A stretch of 64,000 nucleotides of DNA from Chlorokybus atmophyticus (Eukaryota > Plantae > Mesostigma and Chlorokybus algae): NCBI GenBank assembly GCA_009103225.1, contig RHPI01002048.1, positions 62,001-126,000 of the forward strand, given 5' to 3'. How positions within the stretch are numbered: the stretch's first letter is position 1; the number at the start of each line of letters is the position of its first letter. Below the pieces are notes generated by a model. That model saw only the letters and a list, made by a program, of their open reading frames with translations, was not told the DNA's origin and ran no database searches. Shown one piece after another: positions 51,447 through 64,000 of this stretch. The position numbers were made by a program, and so were the translations under genes.

Positions 51447-54400
51447 TCAAGTGACCCTGCCGCTAAGAATGCGAGAAGCTCTTACAATTACACGCGCAAC
51501 TCTATGGACTTCATGTTGCACTGGTTTCCAGTCCCCGGTTGTCGCACTCTCTGTCACAGCGTCAGTGATGCCAGGGAACTCTGAGGAGCCGTAACTGTTG
51601 AACTGCGCGGGTGCGTACACCTGCAAGCGCACGACATGACCCTTAGCACTGTTGTCGCCACGACCAATGTAGTGTACACCTACAGCAATGGCATAACACC
51701 ACAGCCTCTCACGTGTTTCTGTTTCTGCTACAATCGCATGCACTTGCGCAAAGTGCCTGACACACACAAGCAATTGAGCTTCTCACCAGATGGCGGAACC
51801 ACGGGCGCCCAGCCAGGCCATCAAAGTCGAGAAACCCTCGCTCCGCTAGCAGCAGTCTCTGATTAAGACAAGCCATGCGCTGTGCATGTTGGGCATCACG
51901 CTGTTGGGGTGCAGCCAACAGCAGCCTTAACTCAGCCTGCTCTCGCGATGCTGCTTCTGCAGCTTCATGTAGCTCTGACAATGCCAGGGTGATCGGCGAC
52001 AGAGACACAGTGCTGAAGCCACTGGAGGTTCGCAACATGTCATGCAGCTTGCTTGTCTGCTCGGCAAGAACGAAAGCATAGTTCGTGAAGTTGAGCGGCA
52101 AAATGTGATCATCAGCAAAGCGGAGCGCACTCATGCCCCACAATTGGGCCATGGCAACGTGCTTGTGAAACCCTGGATCGCCAAAAGTCGCCATCCAATG
52201 GTAGTCATCATAGACGGAGTGATAAACAGGGAATTGCTCGTCTGCAGGAACGTCAAAGCCGGCATCGAACACGGGAATGCCAAGATGGTGAATGAAGGCA
52301 CTGTGGTCTGCACGCAGAGCATGATGTGAGTCACATGTGCACATGCCATGATATCACGCAAGTGCTGCATCAGGCGGTTTGGTCACGCTAATACCTGACC
52401 CGTCATCGCCAACTCGCTCAAGTACAGGCAGAGACGACGCATTCCCTGCAGTCGCAGCCTGCCACCTGTTGCACACGTGACAGCTTCAAGTTACTACACA
52501 TGCATGTGCTGATTAGGTGATAGCCTGCAACATGGGCGTAAAAGGGCTACCTTGCATACAGGGTTCCATTAGTGGCAGGGTCCTTGATCTGTGCTGCAAC
52601 AGAGTACAGCAAGTGGTCCAGCGTTGGACTGCTGGCGACACGCACTGCGTCTCCTGCAACTGCCATATCGACATTTAGGTACACGACAGCATTGCTGCTG
52701 AGGACGGCCTCATTGTCTTCAGCCCACTCGACAGATCCAAGCAACCCCTGTTCTTCCCCGTCCCAGCTGCAACACATATCAACTGACCTTATAGTTTGTT
52801 TGAAATGCTGATTGGGCATACTACAAGCTCATAACACTAGGTGTTACCTGCATAACAATATAGTTCGCCGTGGTTGCCATCCTGACTTGAGCAGCTGTCC
52901 GAACCCACGTGCAACCTCCAGCATAGTGGCTGTTACACAGGTGCTCACAGTGTGACATATGTGACACGGTACGCTCCTCCTTTGGCTCAAAACAAAACAC
53001 AGCTGGACGTACCTGTCCCGCTGTTTGGATCTGATGCGCCGTACACCCAGGCATCACGGTGGTTGCCAATGATAACAAACCTGCCAAGGAACCCATGCTT
53101 GAGTTGGTGCTGTGTGCGCAAGCCAGTCAATGCAGCTGCAACTGCACTTACTTGTTGGGCTCCTCACGACCAGGAATATGTGCAATCACGTTGTGTATGG
53201 CCGCCAGCTTGTTGTCCATTGCAAGCTGTAAGTGCACCTTCAATGGCCCTGACAGATCAGCTGTTATTGAAAGGATGCACTACTGGAAGCACAACAAAAC
53301 TTGAAAGCAACACATGATATTTCGTCATTGCAGCGCTGGCAAGCAAAAGCTACAATGCCTGGGCCGAGCCTGTAGCCGGACTTCACAACCACTCCTCCTT
53401 GCCAGTCCTGCGGTGCTTCAGTACCACCCAGCACCTCGAGAAGCGGCTGCGCATCGCCATATGAGATGGGCAAGACTGGGATGGTGGGTAAGTTTGGCAG
53501 AGGAAGCTCCAACCGCTCGCAACCCAGCGTGGAGGGCCAGCCCGGGGTGAAGGGGTCACCTGAGCCCTTGTAACATGTGCCTCGCTGCAGCGGAAATAAT
53601 TACTTGAGTAACGCTTCACTGACAGTCTGACACTCCACGGCCATGCATCATGCATGATACAATGTTGCTCAAGTGTTTATACCTGTACGCCTGAAGGTGG
53701 CAACCATCGCTGCCTGGGGTACACGTGCTCAGCATCTGTGCCGTGCGGTGCATAGTCGAGTGGATCTGAGTAAAGCAGGACTGCAGCTGCTCCCGCGTGT
53801 GCCGCATTGTCTACCTGGTTAATAGTAAGGTAGTGAATTCGTACCAGCCATGCAGACCATCAACCAAAAAATGAACTGTGCACTCCGAGTTCAGTTGATC
53901 GTACCTTGTTTGCTCGAAATATCTTGCCATAGCGTACAAGAACAATTAAGCCCTTTACGGAAACATTCAGTGTCTTCAGCTTGGCAAAGTCTTCCACGCG
54001 GCCATAATTTGCATAAACGACCTTCGAGATGACATCGCCTGCACTGCATGCACACGAGAGCTCACAACAATTCTCCTGCTCGTGCTCCCCGCACACAGCT
54101 ATACACAAGGACACCGTGCTCACCAGATGGGGAATAGCCAGCAAATGTGTCCACAACGCGGGGGTCGGCAGTCTGCGGATCCTCATTATATGCAGCCTCC
54201 TGCGCAAGCATGTGTAGACACTTGTGACTCATCAATCTGTGCAAATGTAAGCTCACAACAGGTGGGTTATCATGGTGACTGCTGCTGCACATGCCCTGGA
54301 TTCTAATTGCACTAACAAGATTACACTGCCGACCTTGAGGATGGCATTGAAATGGTGAGGATACACTGCAGTGAGGGACCGCTTCAACGGATATGTTCCC

Positions 54401-55224
54401 AGTACATCGTATGAAGTCAAGTGCGCGTCCAAGCCGTACTGCTCAAACTTCGACTTGACATACAGCGCACTACACAGCACCAGTCAGTACTGTTCTGAAC
54501 TTGCGTTTGGCTTAGGGTTCACAATGCCATTACACTAGCTGGCTTGCTCACAATGCCTGCAAACGCAAGGCGGAGCCTGGATGCATGAACCAGAGAAACT
54601 GTCGCTTGTGAACACTGTACTGTGCAGCAAGCTTGTAAGGCGTGCAACACTGCCGTATACTACAGCAAGCAACTGCTATTTTGTAGCCAGGTGCCTAGCG
54701 GCCCTACTTGCCTGTAGCAAAGAAGCTGCGTAGCATACACCAACACGGCAAGCATTAGTCTGCAGGAAGTACACTGTGTGACTGAAGACGAGTACGCCCT
54801 CATTCACCTAACATGCAAATGTGCAATCACGCCGCGCGTACGTTCGGTGGTTGGCGGGTGTGCCAGCGAGGTGCGGTTCGCTGGTGAGTTCTTTAAGGTG
54901 CATGCTGGCGGAGGTGTTGTCGGGGACGGTCAGGAATTGCTCATGGAAAGGGTTGTCGCCTCCGCCGGACGCCTTGTGGCCACGCTTCTTGTCCAGCAGG
55001 ACGCCCGCCAGCACGGAGAGGGCGGCGAGAGCGGCGACGAAGCAGAACGCCCTACATGCGGCGGCGACGGAGAACCCCAGCCAGGACGACTGGGAGGACG
55101 CGTCGCCCGGCAGAGGCGTCAGCGACGTCGTGAACATGCGCGAAGATGACGGCTCAGGGCTGAGCTCCACCTCCTCCTCCTCCAGCAACAGCGGCTCCCG
55201 CGCCGACGCTGACCCTTCCGCCAT
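51447..55224 (-). CDS. Glutamate carboxypeptidase II-like (M28B; AMP1/LAMP1 family), type II membrane protein, multi-exon
   Basis: N-terminal TM segment, [22 protein letters not shown]…[10 protein letters not shown] (PA domain), [77 protein letters not shown], and the TfR-dimer domain [21 protein letters not shown]|YAP. Confidence 0.96.
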
Positions 55225-56340
55225 CCCGCCGCTCACCGCATCCACCACGCCACTGCGCCCTAGTGCAGAAACGCAGCACTCCGCTCCGCCTCAGGTCAGC
55301 CCCAACGCCAAACTCAATGCCCGCACGTGTAACTTCGCATCACTCAGTGACTCGCAAGTGACTTACACAGGCACTTGTACTCACACTCACAAGCACAGGC
55401 ATAGGCATTCCAACCATACATGCACTACTACTGCCTGACTTGCTCCTTGAGTCCACCAATGTTCATGCAGCCCCCCCCTCCTTCAAGTAGAAGTGAGTCT
55501 CAAAGTACTCTCCATTGGTAAGTGACCAAGTTACCGACTTTTGTTCTCTCGTGTATTGAATATGAAAAGTATGTAATGAACGCGCACAGATTTAGTTAAA
55601 TGGGAGCATTTGGATGATAAACTTGCATAGCCTATGCGGATTTACTATAGACTTGCAAATTTGCACTTATGTTTGATATCATTCATTAAATAATCATTCG
55701 TGTGAAGCATTTCAGTTTGGGTCTAATTAATGCAACCTAATGGTGTGGTTCTCATACGCTATTTGGTGTTGAGCGTAAAATGTTATACGATCAACACCCG
55801 AACGTGTATGCACGGCAGATCCCGCGCAGGTCAGTATAGCCACATCATCACTTATGTACAAAAGGAGTATGCTACTGTGTAAGGCAAGTGAAAGGTTCAG
55901 GTTTTAAATCCTTTACCTATACAGCCGATTCAAGTTGACGATGTTATATAATGTATAATGCTGCTTTAATACTTAATTTCACAAAGGCGTTGTGTACCTC
56001 AACTAAAGTTATGCGTCCCAACTTGCCATCCATCGTGGTTGCCGTACTGCAGCTGTGGTATAAGTCGTTCTACTTACACGTTATTCCAATCATATTAAGC
56101 ATTTTTTCTACACCTATATGTACATGGTTGTGCTTTCTTGCACCAGCAACACCTGCAAGCTATACATCAAGGCTTTGAGTTTGCACAAGTAAGCGTTGTG
56201 CTACAGACATAATACATTTAACGACTTGTTGGTATCAACGCCACATTTCCCTCCATTACACACGAAATGTTGCAAAGTTTACATAAAATGAATCACATTA
56301 ATATTTTATATTGTGCCATGCATTGCATCATGTCACAATT

Positions 56341-58537
56341 TGCATGTTGGAATGAGGGACTGCAGCGCTGCAGCAGACATGATGGGACTACCACGCATCC
56401 TAGCTGAACCTGCTCTGAAGTTGCATCTGCCCCCGAGTCTTCAACAAAGCTGGCAACCCCCTGTCATCCGCTGGCGATACAGGGAGACTATGGGTCAAGT
56501 CATATGCAATCGTTCATTAATTGCATTGCGTGTGTCTTTTTCGGAGCAACAGTCCGTGGTCCAAGCAGAGTGCTTGTGCGTACAGTCAACATACCAACAG
56601 TATGTGCATACCCAGTTGCAGCACGTTGTGACATGTGACTATGCTCTCATGCAATCTGCGACACTGCGCCAGCTACTAACAGCAGGAACAAAGTATCGTC
56701 CCCCTGCTGCTGCTTGTGTGACCGCCTGTACTTCGTCTATCATTCGAGGCGTTTATGATTACGCAGATGGCTTTGCTGCAGGTACAGGTTGCAACACCAT
56801 ACTGGCAGCGTGGGCAGATGCAGTAGCAGCACGGGTGCGCATAGCTGCTGCTGAGATCAATCCCACCCCACAGCCAGGGCTGGCAACTGCACCTCCTCCT
56901 GCATATACCGCCTCAGATCGTCACCTGGTCCGTGCCCTTCATGATGGTTGGGTGTTCACAGATGTGGACAAATGCAATGGTGTCCTTGCCATTCTGTGCA
57001 AAGCATATTACTTGACCCTGATGCACGCTGAACTTCTGACGGCTACTTATGAGCTGGTGCTGGATGAGCCTCGCACACAGGTGCTACATCGCCACAAAGC
57101 CTTCTGTAACTCTCTGGGTTACAAGTCATCACCTCACGCTGCACAACGGCTTCCCCACCTGTACATGACCCTAAAGCTACACAAGGACCCACCGAAACCC
57201 CGATGGATTGCTGCTGCATACAATACATCACTATCAGTCATCAGTGTGTGGCTGACACGCACATACAAGATACTGTCACCAGTGTTTGATGAACTGTGGG
57301 CAAGTTCTGTAGGTGTGCAAGGTGTGACCAAGAGCTGGGTGCTGCAAGACTCATTGGGTGTACAAGGCCTGCTACAACACTGGAACACCAGCCGCTCAAC
57401 CGCAGATAAGCTTGTGCCGGTGTACATGCACTCATATGATTTCACAAACTTGTACACGAACATTGCACATGCAGATCTGCTGGCGTGCATGACAGAGTTG
57501 GTGAATGAGTTGTTTGTGTATGCTGCAAGCTCACACAGAGGGTCCACTGTGCTAAAACTGACATTTGCCAAGGGTGTGCTGCAGCACCAGTGGGTGCGAC
57601 CCAAACCAACCCACAAGGATACAGCAAGCGTGAAATTCTACACAGCACAGTCCATGTCAATGCTGCTAGAGTACTTGCTGGCTAACTTGTTCGTGAGTAC
57701 AGCAGGTGATCAGCTCCACAAGCAAGCCATTGGAATACCCATGGGAAACAATGCAGGGGTCTACCTGGCTAACCTATACCTGGGTTCCAAGGAGCTCAAG
57801 TTCATACGCAATCTGAAAGTCAACGAGTCAGAAACTCAACTGCGCCTGTGGTGTAACTCAGTGCTACGGTATGTTGATGATGTCTTGGTGCTGGGGCTGC
57901 CTGACTTTGTATCAGTCATGTATAAGGGAGACGTTGTGCTGGGTGGGGGATCTACCCACCACAGACCCTGACACTCACCCAGTTAACAGCGGGCACTTCC
58001 ATACACTTTCTAGATATGACACTGTTTCAACCCAAGATGTTGGCTTATGCTCACGAACGTACTGCAAGCTCAATGACAGGCAGTTCGCGGGCATTCCACG
58101 ACGCCGTGCACCACACCCACACACAAACATTGCCAAGCAAGCGAAGATGGGGGTGATAGTGTCGCAATGCATCCGTTTTCTCAGATTGGATGCCTACTGT
58201 GCACACTTTGTGCAAGACATGCTGGCGCTTCTCACTGCCATGCATGCCGAGGGCTACGCGAAGAGCACACTGTTGGCAAAGTGGAGGAGGTGGATGTACG
58301 CACAGAGAGGGCAAGTCTACGACAACACACACCAATACCTATTCAAGCTGGTGTGTGCACGATGGCAGTCCAAATCAGCAACAAACAGGTAAGTGAGGTA
58401 AGAAGGTGGTAAGTATGTGTGGGGAGCAGTATGACACTGCCCGCATGTATGTCGAGGGCAATGCATGTAATTGCTGTAATTCGTAATATTCAGTGCGGGT
58501 AGACTTATGCTGGTATGCATGTTGGAATGAGGGACTG
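56341..58537 (+). mobile_element. Penelope-like retroelement (Naiad/Chlamys-type RT), endonuclease absent (probably 5'-truncated), two frameshifts
   Basis: Intronless 552-aa ORF with PVIRWRY…ICN…CLC…HVVT.D…LLTAGTKYRP, FTDVDKCNGVLAILCK.YY, LPHLYMTLKLHKDPPKPRWI, YDFTNLYTNI, QAIGIPMGNNAGVYLANLYL, RYVDD. It continues in shifted frames as GIYP…IHFLDM and PHPHTNI..QAKMGVIVSQCIRFLR…EGY. A 22-bp direct repeat TGCATGTTGGAATGAGGGACTG lies at 56341 and 58516. Confidence 0.9.
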
Positions 58538-59819
58538 GAATCATGTCATGACTGCTACAGAGCGCTGAGTCAGGGCTACAGTGAGCCAAAGCTGCAATGC
58601 AGCCATTTCAAGCTGGCATTCGCACTGCAAATGGCCTGTCTAAGCTAAACTGGGCCCTAGCAGTCAGGTGTAAGACCAGAAGGCGAGGATGGTGGCAGCA
58701 TAACCCTCCGCGGGCGCAGAGCTGGAGCGGGGGCCAAGTGTCTAGGCGTCCATCAGTCCACGCTTGCCGCTGCTGTCCAAGGCCCGGTCTCACCTCTTTT
58801 CTGCTCTCCCCCTGCGTACTGCAGGTTGCTACCCTCTTCCCTTGCCGTTCCAATGCTTGCACCCCACACCGTCGCTGCCTGAGGGTCTAGCTTATTAGTG
58901 TCACGTCTAGGCTAGAGTCTTAGCTCTACCTTGGCCCCCGCCTAATTTATTGCTCTGACTGTGTGTGCTCATACTCGTGTGCGTGCATGCTTGCTCTATG
59001 GTTTGCCTTGTGCATACATTTGTTTCTCAGAGCGTGCTTCGCGCAGCTCTGCTGTAAGTTATGTGACGTTTGGCATCACACGATTGGCTGACCCTCAATG
59101 TTAAACCTTTCTTTTTTACCAAAATGCACACACTACATCTTGGCAACTACAATTGCTTAGCTGCTGTGTGTACATGCCCCACCACCCAACCCCACCGAAA
59201 TCGTGTGCTACGGAGGCATAGAGCCTGCGCGGGGAGCACTGCTAACATATGCAATGCATAGTGAGGGTTGCACTGAAGGGAGAGGGGAGCTGAGTGGCGG
59301 GCAGCAAACGCGGAGCTGCTCTCGACGAAGGCGGAGGGGGAGGGTTTGGGAGCCATTGCTGCTGCACTTGTGACCATGCTTGCCAACAACTTGTGTCTGC
59401 TTAGTGACTAGGCCTATGATGTGCAGGTGATTATTGCGTATGCATGCTCCATGACTAAAGCGTGTTAGTGATTGTGTTGGTAGCAATGTAAATGGAGTTG
59501 TTTTGCCCGGTTGTCAGCATAAAATCATGGTTGCTGCTGCATGTATGTCGCGCCCATGCTTGTACTACGCATGTGCAGACTATGCATAGGCAGGTGCACT
59601 CCACATTTATGTGTATATCAACCTCAAACGCTCACCCCTGTTCATATGATGCGGATTGTAAGTGTGCTTAACCACTAGCTTCATTGCAATCAGAACGTAA
59701 ACGTAGCGCACATGATGCAGAGCTAGCTCTGGCCTAACCCCGCAAGTGCTTCCTCCTCAAGCTGAGGTGCGCCAACCTCAATGTCTGTACATAGGCAAGC
59801 ACCACTACTCGAACACTAG

Positions 59820-61641
59820 TCAAATGATAGTCCAGTCATCATGTCCATCCCTATCTTTAGCATCTGACTGGTCCCAAGACTCATCGGCCCAGTCAGTAGC
59901 CTGCGCAAAATCTTTATGCGTGGACGTGTCTTGCACAGTAAACACTGGAGCGCCTTGTGAAGTTGCCACCAATTCCTTGGCGCTCGCGCAGAAGCTCTCA
60001 AAGTCCGCCGGATCTCTTATGTAGAACCCAAGGGCCACAGACGGGTCAATCTCCGCCAGAGGCATGTGCCTCACATCACTGCGACATAAGGGCAACTACT
60101 TAGGGGCACACAATGCACATGCACATACATGCATGCGCACACACAACACCAGGCGCAATATACCTGCAGAAGTATAATGGAGTGTCATTTTCGAGAGCGT
60201 CTGCTTTTGTTGCAACTTGCACTTCATGCGGGTCAAGGAACAGCACGTGGTCTCCTCTTGTGCCAACAAAGTAGTGGCTGCGCTCGGGCTTGCCGCCAAC
60301 CGCGCCGGTGGATTGCGGGAACGAAAGCGCTTGCCGCAGGAGGGGAACGTAGTGAGGGTTGACTGTGGCGCCCGTGCCAAGCAGTACAGGGATGACCAGC
60401 AGCACAGCCCTCCAGCTACCACCAGAGCCTGCTTGCATGGACATGCATGCATCAACTCGCATATGCATCATCACTAGGATAGCAAGGTTCAACCCCGCGA
60501 AACGCTGTCATTGAACACCTGTGGGCATTGCCCACGCACAGGTGGTGGAGACGCGTACCTGTGCAGGACTGCAAGATTTTGTCAATGCACAGTGCTGGCG
60601 CGCCTCCTCTGCCATCCTCAGCCTCGCCAGCCACAACATGGACCAGTACTGACTGTGCCAGTGAGTCTGGTGCAGCTGCAGAGCACGGCAAATAAACTGT
60701 TATCCTATGACAAGGGGTGGGGCAACTGGCACCAACTTCGTGCCCACACTCACCTGCAAGAGATGCAGCTTCCATCGCTTTGCACAATGCATACGGACCG
60801 AGCCAAGCGCCAGCACGAACGCCATGTGGCGCTCCATAGTGTACAAGGTTATGTATTGAATAAGGGTGTGCCAAGCCTGGGGCATCAAGAAATAATCTGA
60901 TAATGGGCAGAAGCGCCTGGACATCTACATTGCGGCGCCAGGTGCGTCCTAGTTGGTGCGTCAGCAAGGCCTGCCATTGATACACTGAAGCTTAGCTACT
61001 TTACAACTGCAGGCATGATCACTGTGCATGTTGCCAACCAGGTCTACATTTGCAACGCCTATTCACCCATGGATAAACACCCACCATGGCACTGTATCAA
61101 TGACCAAAAGCTTTACCTGTCCAAGTAACATCTGTCCGCTTCGCAGCATGCACCCCCACCCGACATCACTTGTAAGCTCTGTGCCTGCTATCACCTCAAA
61201 GTCTACAGAACAGAAACAAGCGTGTCAGCACAGCAACCAGCGGTACGGCGGCCCTGCTGAAGTGTATGCTTCTATTGTAATTCGAGCGCGGGGTCCAAAA
61301 CACTAGGATCAGAGCACCAAAACAGCAGAAGCAGGATTCAGAAAGTTTGAAGGCGCTGACATACCTCGTCGGTAAGTAAACCTAAGCCGGGATGTGAAGT
61401 CCCGGTAAAATGCGGCAAGTGCAGTGCCGTCTTCAGCGTCGTCCTTATCATTGCCGGGCTCAGAGCCTTTCTCAACCGCAGCGGTTGCTTCCTGGTCTCT
61501 GCTTGCTGGGACAGCTATATCAATGTTGTAAGGAACTCCCAGCAGGTGCAGCGGCCCGTCACACAGAGGGATGCCGGAGGTATCGCTACTGCTCCCCCTT
61601 GAGAATAATTCCTGTGACCGTAGCATGAAAGCACTTGTCAT
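59820..61641 (-). CDS. ATG4: Cysteine protease ATG4 (peptidase C54), multi-exon; start at 61641 or 61626
   Basis: [51 protein letters not shown]…[59 protein letters not shown]. The catalytic Cys, Asp and His motifs are present. Confidence 0.96.
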
Positions 61642-63144
61642 CCGGTGATGACAAAACACGGCCCTCTCTTGCCGGCACAACCAAGAAGGCAGGCGTATGT
61701 CTCCAGAAAAAACCAAGCGCCCACGTGACACAGTGCACATGCATCATTACTGCAGAAGCTGCTACTTTCAACAATTCACAAGCATTTCAACCATGAAGAC
61801 TATATATGACGCGCAACATCAAGCGAAATCCAAGCAGCGCACTGCTGCTTGTGGCTACCCAAAAGCTGCGTGCAGGCAAGCTCAGCTCAGCTCAGCTCAC
61901 CGTCAGTCGGTGGAGCGGCATGCGAACCGAAGGAGGCAGCCGCAGAAGCAAAGCCCGCGCCAGCCTTCGGCAGCCTCGTTGGCCTTCCAGTGTTGTTACT
62001 TGCTGCTGCTATTCCTTACCACCGCAACACCTGATAAGCTATCCAGCAACTACCCCTCTTTACCCTCTTTACCAATGCCCCCTGCTCCTTCCCACACGCC
62101 CTATGGAACAAGTCACAGCCTCAAACATGCCCGCCTCAGCAAGCAAAGCTCCTGGCAGCTTCATGCTTTGCGTAGGGCAGACCAGCACAGTAATGTAAAG
62201 CACAGCAGGGCGGGGAATTGAGGGAGGTGTCGCTTTCAAGCTGCAAGTCTAGCGTCGCTCTACGGCTGTCGCCCCGCCAAAGCAGCAATTCCGCAGAGGC
62301 GGCTAACCTCCAACGTTCTGAAAGTCGCCAGCTCCCCGGCGCGGTGTTCACAACGGCAACAAGAATAACGACACCAACGACGGCAACGCTGACGCCGTCC
62401 TCCTTACACGCTGGCGCAGCTGCTGCCACGCACGTGGTTACAACTAACCGCTCCTTCCAACTTCAACCTAACGGAGTTTCAAACTCTCCAAGCATCTCTG
62501 GAGAAACCGTACAGCGCAGCACAGAAGCAGCTTTCAAGTACAGTGCTGCTTGCGTTGGCCGCGGCATACAGTGTATGACACTGGTCACGATGACACTACC
62601 GCGGCACGGTTTAGCAGGCGGCGGCGCAGGCGGCGGTGGCGGCAGTGGTGTAGTTGAGGCCGGGTGTCTCCGCTGTCTCGGCAGTGGCTCCCGACAAGGC
62701 TTCCTCAACTTGTATCCTGCAGGTGAGAAAAGCGGTCGTGTGCAGTTGTTGTATGGTGGGGCCGACTGTGCCTTGGACATGCTGCTGCATGCCGGTGGCG
62801 TGGCCGAGGCAACCCGCTTTTCTGCTAAGAACCGCCTCGCCTGCGCCTGTGGCTACGCACAATCCAGATGTGGCTGGCTGCAGCTTTCCATGCACGCTGA
62901 TCGCTTCTGAAAGCGGTTTGGTTTTCAGACAAGGCATGGTTGTCAGTGGCATGCCGGAGCAGCTGTAGCTTCTGGCTTGCAGCAATGCTTGGCAGGCTTT
63001 GGAACGTGTGCATTGTTGCTACGCTTACAGGAGCTTGAAGCAATTGTTGATGGCTCCTGTCTGTCTGTGCCCGTTTCTTGCTTGCAGGGGTGTCGAGGCA
63101 CCACCCCTTGAACAAAAAAACACTTCTTCTCCAAGCATCCGGCG

Positions 63145-64000
63145 ATGGAGAACATGGAAGAGGGCAATGCAAATGGTCAGTCCTCCAAGCCTGCCAAGAA
63201 CGGCATTGCAACTGAAGCTGCCTACAATGATGTCCCAGACTCACTTACGGTAAGTTCTGCCGAGTGATGCATGCTCAGGAAACTTGCAGTGTGTGGCCAT
63301 GCACTCATGCTACTACTGGAATTGAGGTGTCTTTCGCTGCTTGTCAACAGCAACTGCCTTTGGCCTGCTTCGTGCAATTAGTGTGAGAGGCAGCTGACGA
63401 GAGTTTTTTGTGCAGGTGCGCAAGCTGCAGCGGCGTGTCTCTTTCCAGCGTATTGCCCTCATGCTGCTGGGTCTCATTGCCGCGGTACTTCTGGCGTTGA
63501 CCATCTGGCTGGCGGTCATCCGTCATGAGTAAGCAGACGACCTCACGAACATGTCATAACTTGCAGGCTTCAGTCACAATGTTCACAATTGGGTCTCTTG
63601 CAGCTATGCGTCAAAAGACCGCCTCAACTATGCGCTGAATGGCGTGGTTTTGTCCGCTGATCCACGCACCAATGTTGACAACTACATTTATGGCGGAAGC
63701 ATGTTTGCTGGCAGCGGCTTCTGGGCTCAGCGCATCACCATGCCCGGTAAGGCTACCACAAGTTCGTCTCCATGACAACTGCCTCCTCGCTTTCTGTATG
63801 CTAACAGTCTTTGCACTGTATTGCTTGCAGAGGCGCGAAGTGACTTTGCAGCATTACCTGTGGGTGGCTACATCTACATCATAGGCGGTGCCGACAGTGA
63901 CGGCAACGTAATGGACACCGTGTTGCGGTACGATCCGCTGCTGCATGAGTACCAGCCCATGGCAAGCTTGCTCACTCCACGCTGGCGCTTTGGGGCAACC
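63145..64000 (+). CDS. Kelch-repeat protein with an N-terminal transmembrane anchor; runs off the window end
   Basis: MENMEEG…|VRKLQRRVSFQRIALMLLGLIAAVLLALTIWLAVIRHD|YASKDRLNYAL…WAQRITMP|EARSDFAALPVGGYIYIIGGADSDGNVMDTVLRYDPLLHEYQPMASLLTPRWRFGAT (Kelch R..F…IY.IGG…YDP…W). Confidence 0.8.

Noticed and set aside
58436-58500. Hammerhead ribozyme in the PLE 3' region (minus-strand CCCGCA-CTGA…TGCGGG)
   Set aside because: The core reads CTGAATA and GAAT rather than CTGANGA and GAAA, there is no UH cleavage triplet, and it is antisense to the element. No canonical hammerhead found; an Infernal search would be decisive.

Overview
Eukaryotic, intron-rich nuclear DNA (short GT-AG introns, three N gaps). 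TAA, TAG and TGA all end genes, so the code is standard. It is most consistent with an early-diverging streptophyte green alga; this is inferred from a plant-type EF-1alpha rather than EFL, OHP2, an Agenet protein, a NodGS-type amidohydrolase, an AMP1-like GCPII and TTTAGGG telo-boxes. About 15 protein genes are supportable: a CHR chromate transporter, an Agenet/Tudor protein, a stand-alone FluG/NodGS-type amidohydrolase, EF1A head-to-head with RPL4, OHP2, an EFCAB10-like protein, a TRF4/PAPD5-like nucleotidyltransferase, an ApaH-like phosphatase, a UBC4/5/6 (UBE2H-like) E2, a glutamate carboxypeptidase II, ATG4, a membrane-anchored Kelch protein and two unassigned proteins. The most interesting accessory DNA is: (1) a Penelope-like retroelement RT copy of Naiad/Chlamys type, lacking an endonuclease, with two -1 frameshifts, a 22-bp flanking direct repeat and a candidate 3' intron; (2) a 626-bp TTAA-flanked non-autonomous element with piggyBac-like end architecture; (3) an ~8 kb gene-free island (43.5-51.4 kb) with a 53-bp array, a decayed intronless ORF, repeated GGACCA-N4-TGGTCC palindromes and hairpin clusters. 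No rRNA, tRNA or CRISPR array is supported. All calls come from reading the sequence; no database searches were run.
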